64,000 nucleotides of DNA, from the NCBI GenBank assembly GCA_038087875.1, contig CM075995.1:9612001-9676000 (forward strand). Reading direction: 5' to 3'. The stretch is from Malacoraja senta. Its lineage: Eukaryota. The notes beneath the pieces are model-generated. The model ran no database searches, had not been told where the DNA came from, and saw only the letters and a list, made by a program, of their open reading frames with translations. The translations under genes were made by a program, and so were the position numbers. Positions 62,114-64,000 of this stretch are shown here, in pieces. The stretch's first letter is position 1, and every line of letters begins with the position of its first letter.

Positions 62114-64000
62114 GTGATGGCTCCCACTGATTGTCGCCGGAAGCCTTCGTCCTTTTCAGGACGGATAATGACAGTAATGTCCATCAATGCCGAGGGGCTT
62201 TCATCTGCAAAACAACAACTGATTGGAAAGCTCTGCAACAAGAATGACTGTGATGTGTTATGTCCACAAGTGACCCACAGAGGCCAGCAGCAGTATCGAC
62301 CTAAGATCCCTGGGATGAAGCCAGTTATTGAAAGGCCACGTGAGAAATATGGCAGTGCTATCTTCGGTAAAAGAGACCTAATAATCCACCAGCCTTCAAT
62401 GACAGAAAGGGACAACATAGAAATCCTTGCTGTGAACCTGGGGAAACTAACTGTGACCTCAGTTTACAAACCGCCAGGCTCTACATTTGCCTTTGAAGAA
62501 CCACAAACCTTCAGTTACCAACACATGAAAGTTATCATTGGGATTTCAACAGCCACAGCACCTCATGGAGCTATAAAGAAACCAACGAGTATGGTAATCT
62601 TGTGGAGAGTTGGGCAGAATCACATCATCTTGACCTAATTCATAATGCTAAACTTCCTCCTTCCTTCAATAGCTACCGATGGAAGAAAGGCTATAATCCA
62701 GACCTGGCCTTTACAAGTGATCGAATAACATGTCAAAGCAAAAAACTAGTCTTAGAGCCAATACCACACTCACAACACAGACCAAACATCTTTGGCATTA
62801 CTGCTGTTGTGGTACCTCAGAGAGTTCCTCTAAGACGGCATTTCAACTTTCAAAAAGCTTATTGGGAGCAGAGGCCTATCTGATCTCGAGCCAGTCCCAG
62901 CAAAGTATGATCGATAGACAAAAGACAATAGACAATAGGTGCAGGAGTAGGCCATTCGGCCCTTCGAGCCAGCACCGCCATTCAATGTGATCATGGCTGA
63001 TCATCCCCAATCAGTACCCTGTTCCTGCCTTCTCCCCATATCCCCTGACTCCGCAATTTTTAAGTGCCCTATCTAGCTCTCTCTTGAAAGCATCCAGAGA
63101 ACCTGCCTCCACCGCCCTCTGAGGCAGAGAATTCCACACTCACCACTCTCTGTGAGAAAAATTGTTTCCTCGTCTCCGTTCTAAATGGCTTACCCCTTAT
63201 TCTTAAACTGTGGCCCCTGGCTCTGGACTCCCCCAACATCGGGAACATGTTCCTGCCTTTAGCGTGTCTAAACCCTTAATAATCTTATATGTTTCAATAA
63301 GATACCCTCTCATCCTTCTAAACTCCAGAGTGTACAAGCCCAGCCGCTTCATTCTCTCAGCATACTCTCATTTCGTCAGTTCTTTCAGTTCATCAAAACA
63401 ATGCAAGACATTTCTAGAAAGTATATTCCACGTGGATGTAGCGAGTGCCATATACCTCGAATCTCAGCTGACAGTGCCTCATTATACGAGAAGTACTCAA
63501 AACTATACGAGGAAGATCCCTTCTCAGAGGAAACTATGAACACAGAGGAGATATCAGAGGAACGAAGGAAATGCTGGCAAGAACTTATTGGGAGTGTTGA
63601 TATGACACACAACAGTAAGAGAGCTTGGTCAACCATCAAGAAGCTAAACAACGATCCCCTGAAGCCAACGCAGATCAGGTTGCTCACCAGCTGCTTCTGA
63701 ATGGCAAACCACCACACAAGAAGTGCCCCAAAAGGAGTCTATGGCATCAGGGTGATAGAGAGTCAACTTGGCACATTAACAGTAAGGAACTCCAGACAGC
63801 AATCGATTCCCTCAACAACAGCTGGCCTTGATGACATTCGCACAGAACAGATCAAACATTTTCGGCAGATTACACGAGAGTGGCTCCTCTTGCTGTTCAA
63901 CAATTATGTAACCCTCTCACAGCTACCTAAAATATGGCGGAAAGCTTGTGTGATCGCTATTCTTAAGCCAGGGAAAGACCCTAAAGAAGCAAAATGCTAC
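62114..64000 (+). mobile_element. Ingi/Vingi-like single-ORF LINE (endonuclease and linker), disrupted and running off the window
   Basis: SINAEGLS, YGSAIF, SVYKPP, FNS..W..GYNPDL, IPHSQHRP, YIPRGC, MTHNSKRAW, ILKPGKDP. Confidence 0.7.
62912..63365 (-). mobile_element. CR1 3' end inserted in the Vingi-like element
   Basis: Reverse-strand RLGLYTLEFRRMRG and a CR1 3'UTR with CTATTGT repeats. Confidence 0.88.

Overview
Vertebrate nuclear DNA, almost entirely transposable elements. The repeat mix (CR1 LINEs, a V-SINE, Rex1/Babar, L1, Tx1, Vingi-like and Penelope-like elements, DIRS, Gypsy) suggests a cartilaginous fish, probably a skate or ray; this is an inference. No intact host gene, rRNA, tRNA gene or CRISPR array is visible. 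Main contents: (1) three DIRS1-type tyrosine-recombinase retrotransposons: a 3' end at 1-305, a minus-strand copy at 15749-29357 carrying nested L1 and Gypsy insertions, and a plus-strand copy at 53731-58842 with complete ITR/ICR architecture. Their ORF1 carries a copy-number-variable 54-bp/18-aa WPTGEP repeat. (2) Two young, nearly intact Mag-type Gypsy LTR retrotransposons (24104-28850, 31702-36342). (3) Three decayed L1s and many CR1, Rex1, Tx1 and Vingi pieces. (4) Penelope-like ends with minimal hammerhead ribozyme cores, PIF/Harbinger MITEs and a tandem Helitron-like element. (5) Two long homopurine/homopyrimidine tracts, a 200-N gap, and four non-repetitive islands with minus-strand splice signals that may be exons of a host gene or pseudogene. 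All family calls come from motif recognition by eye; no database search was run.
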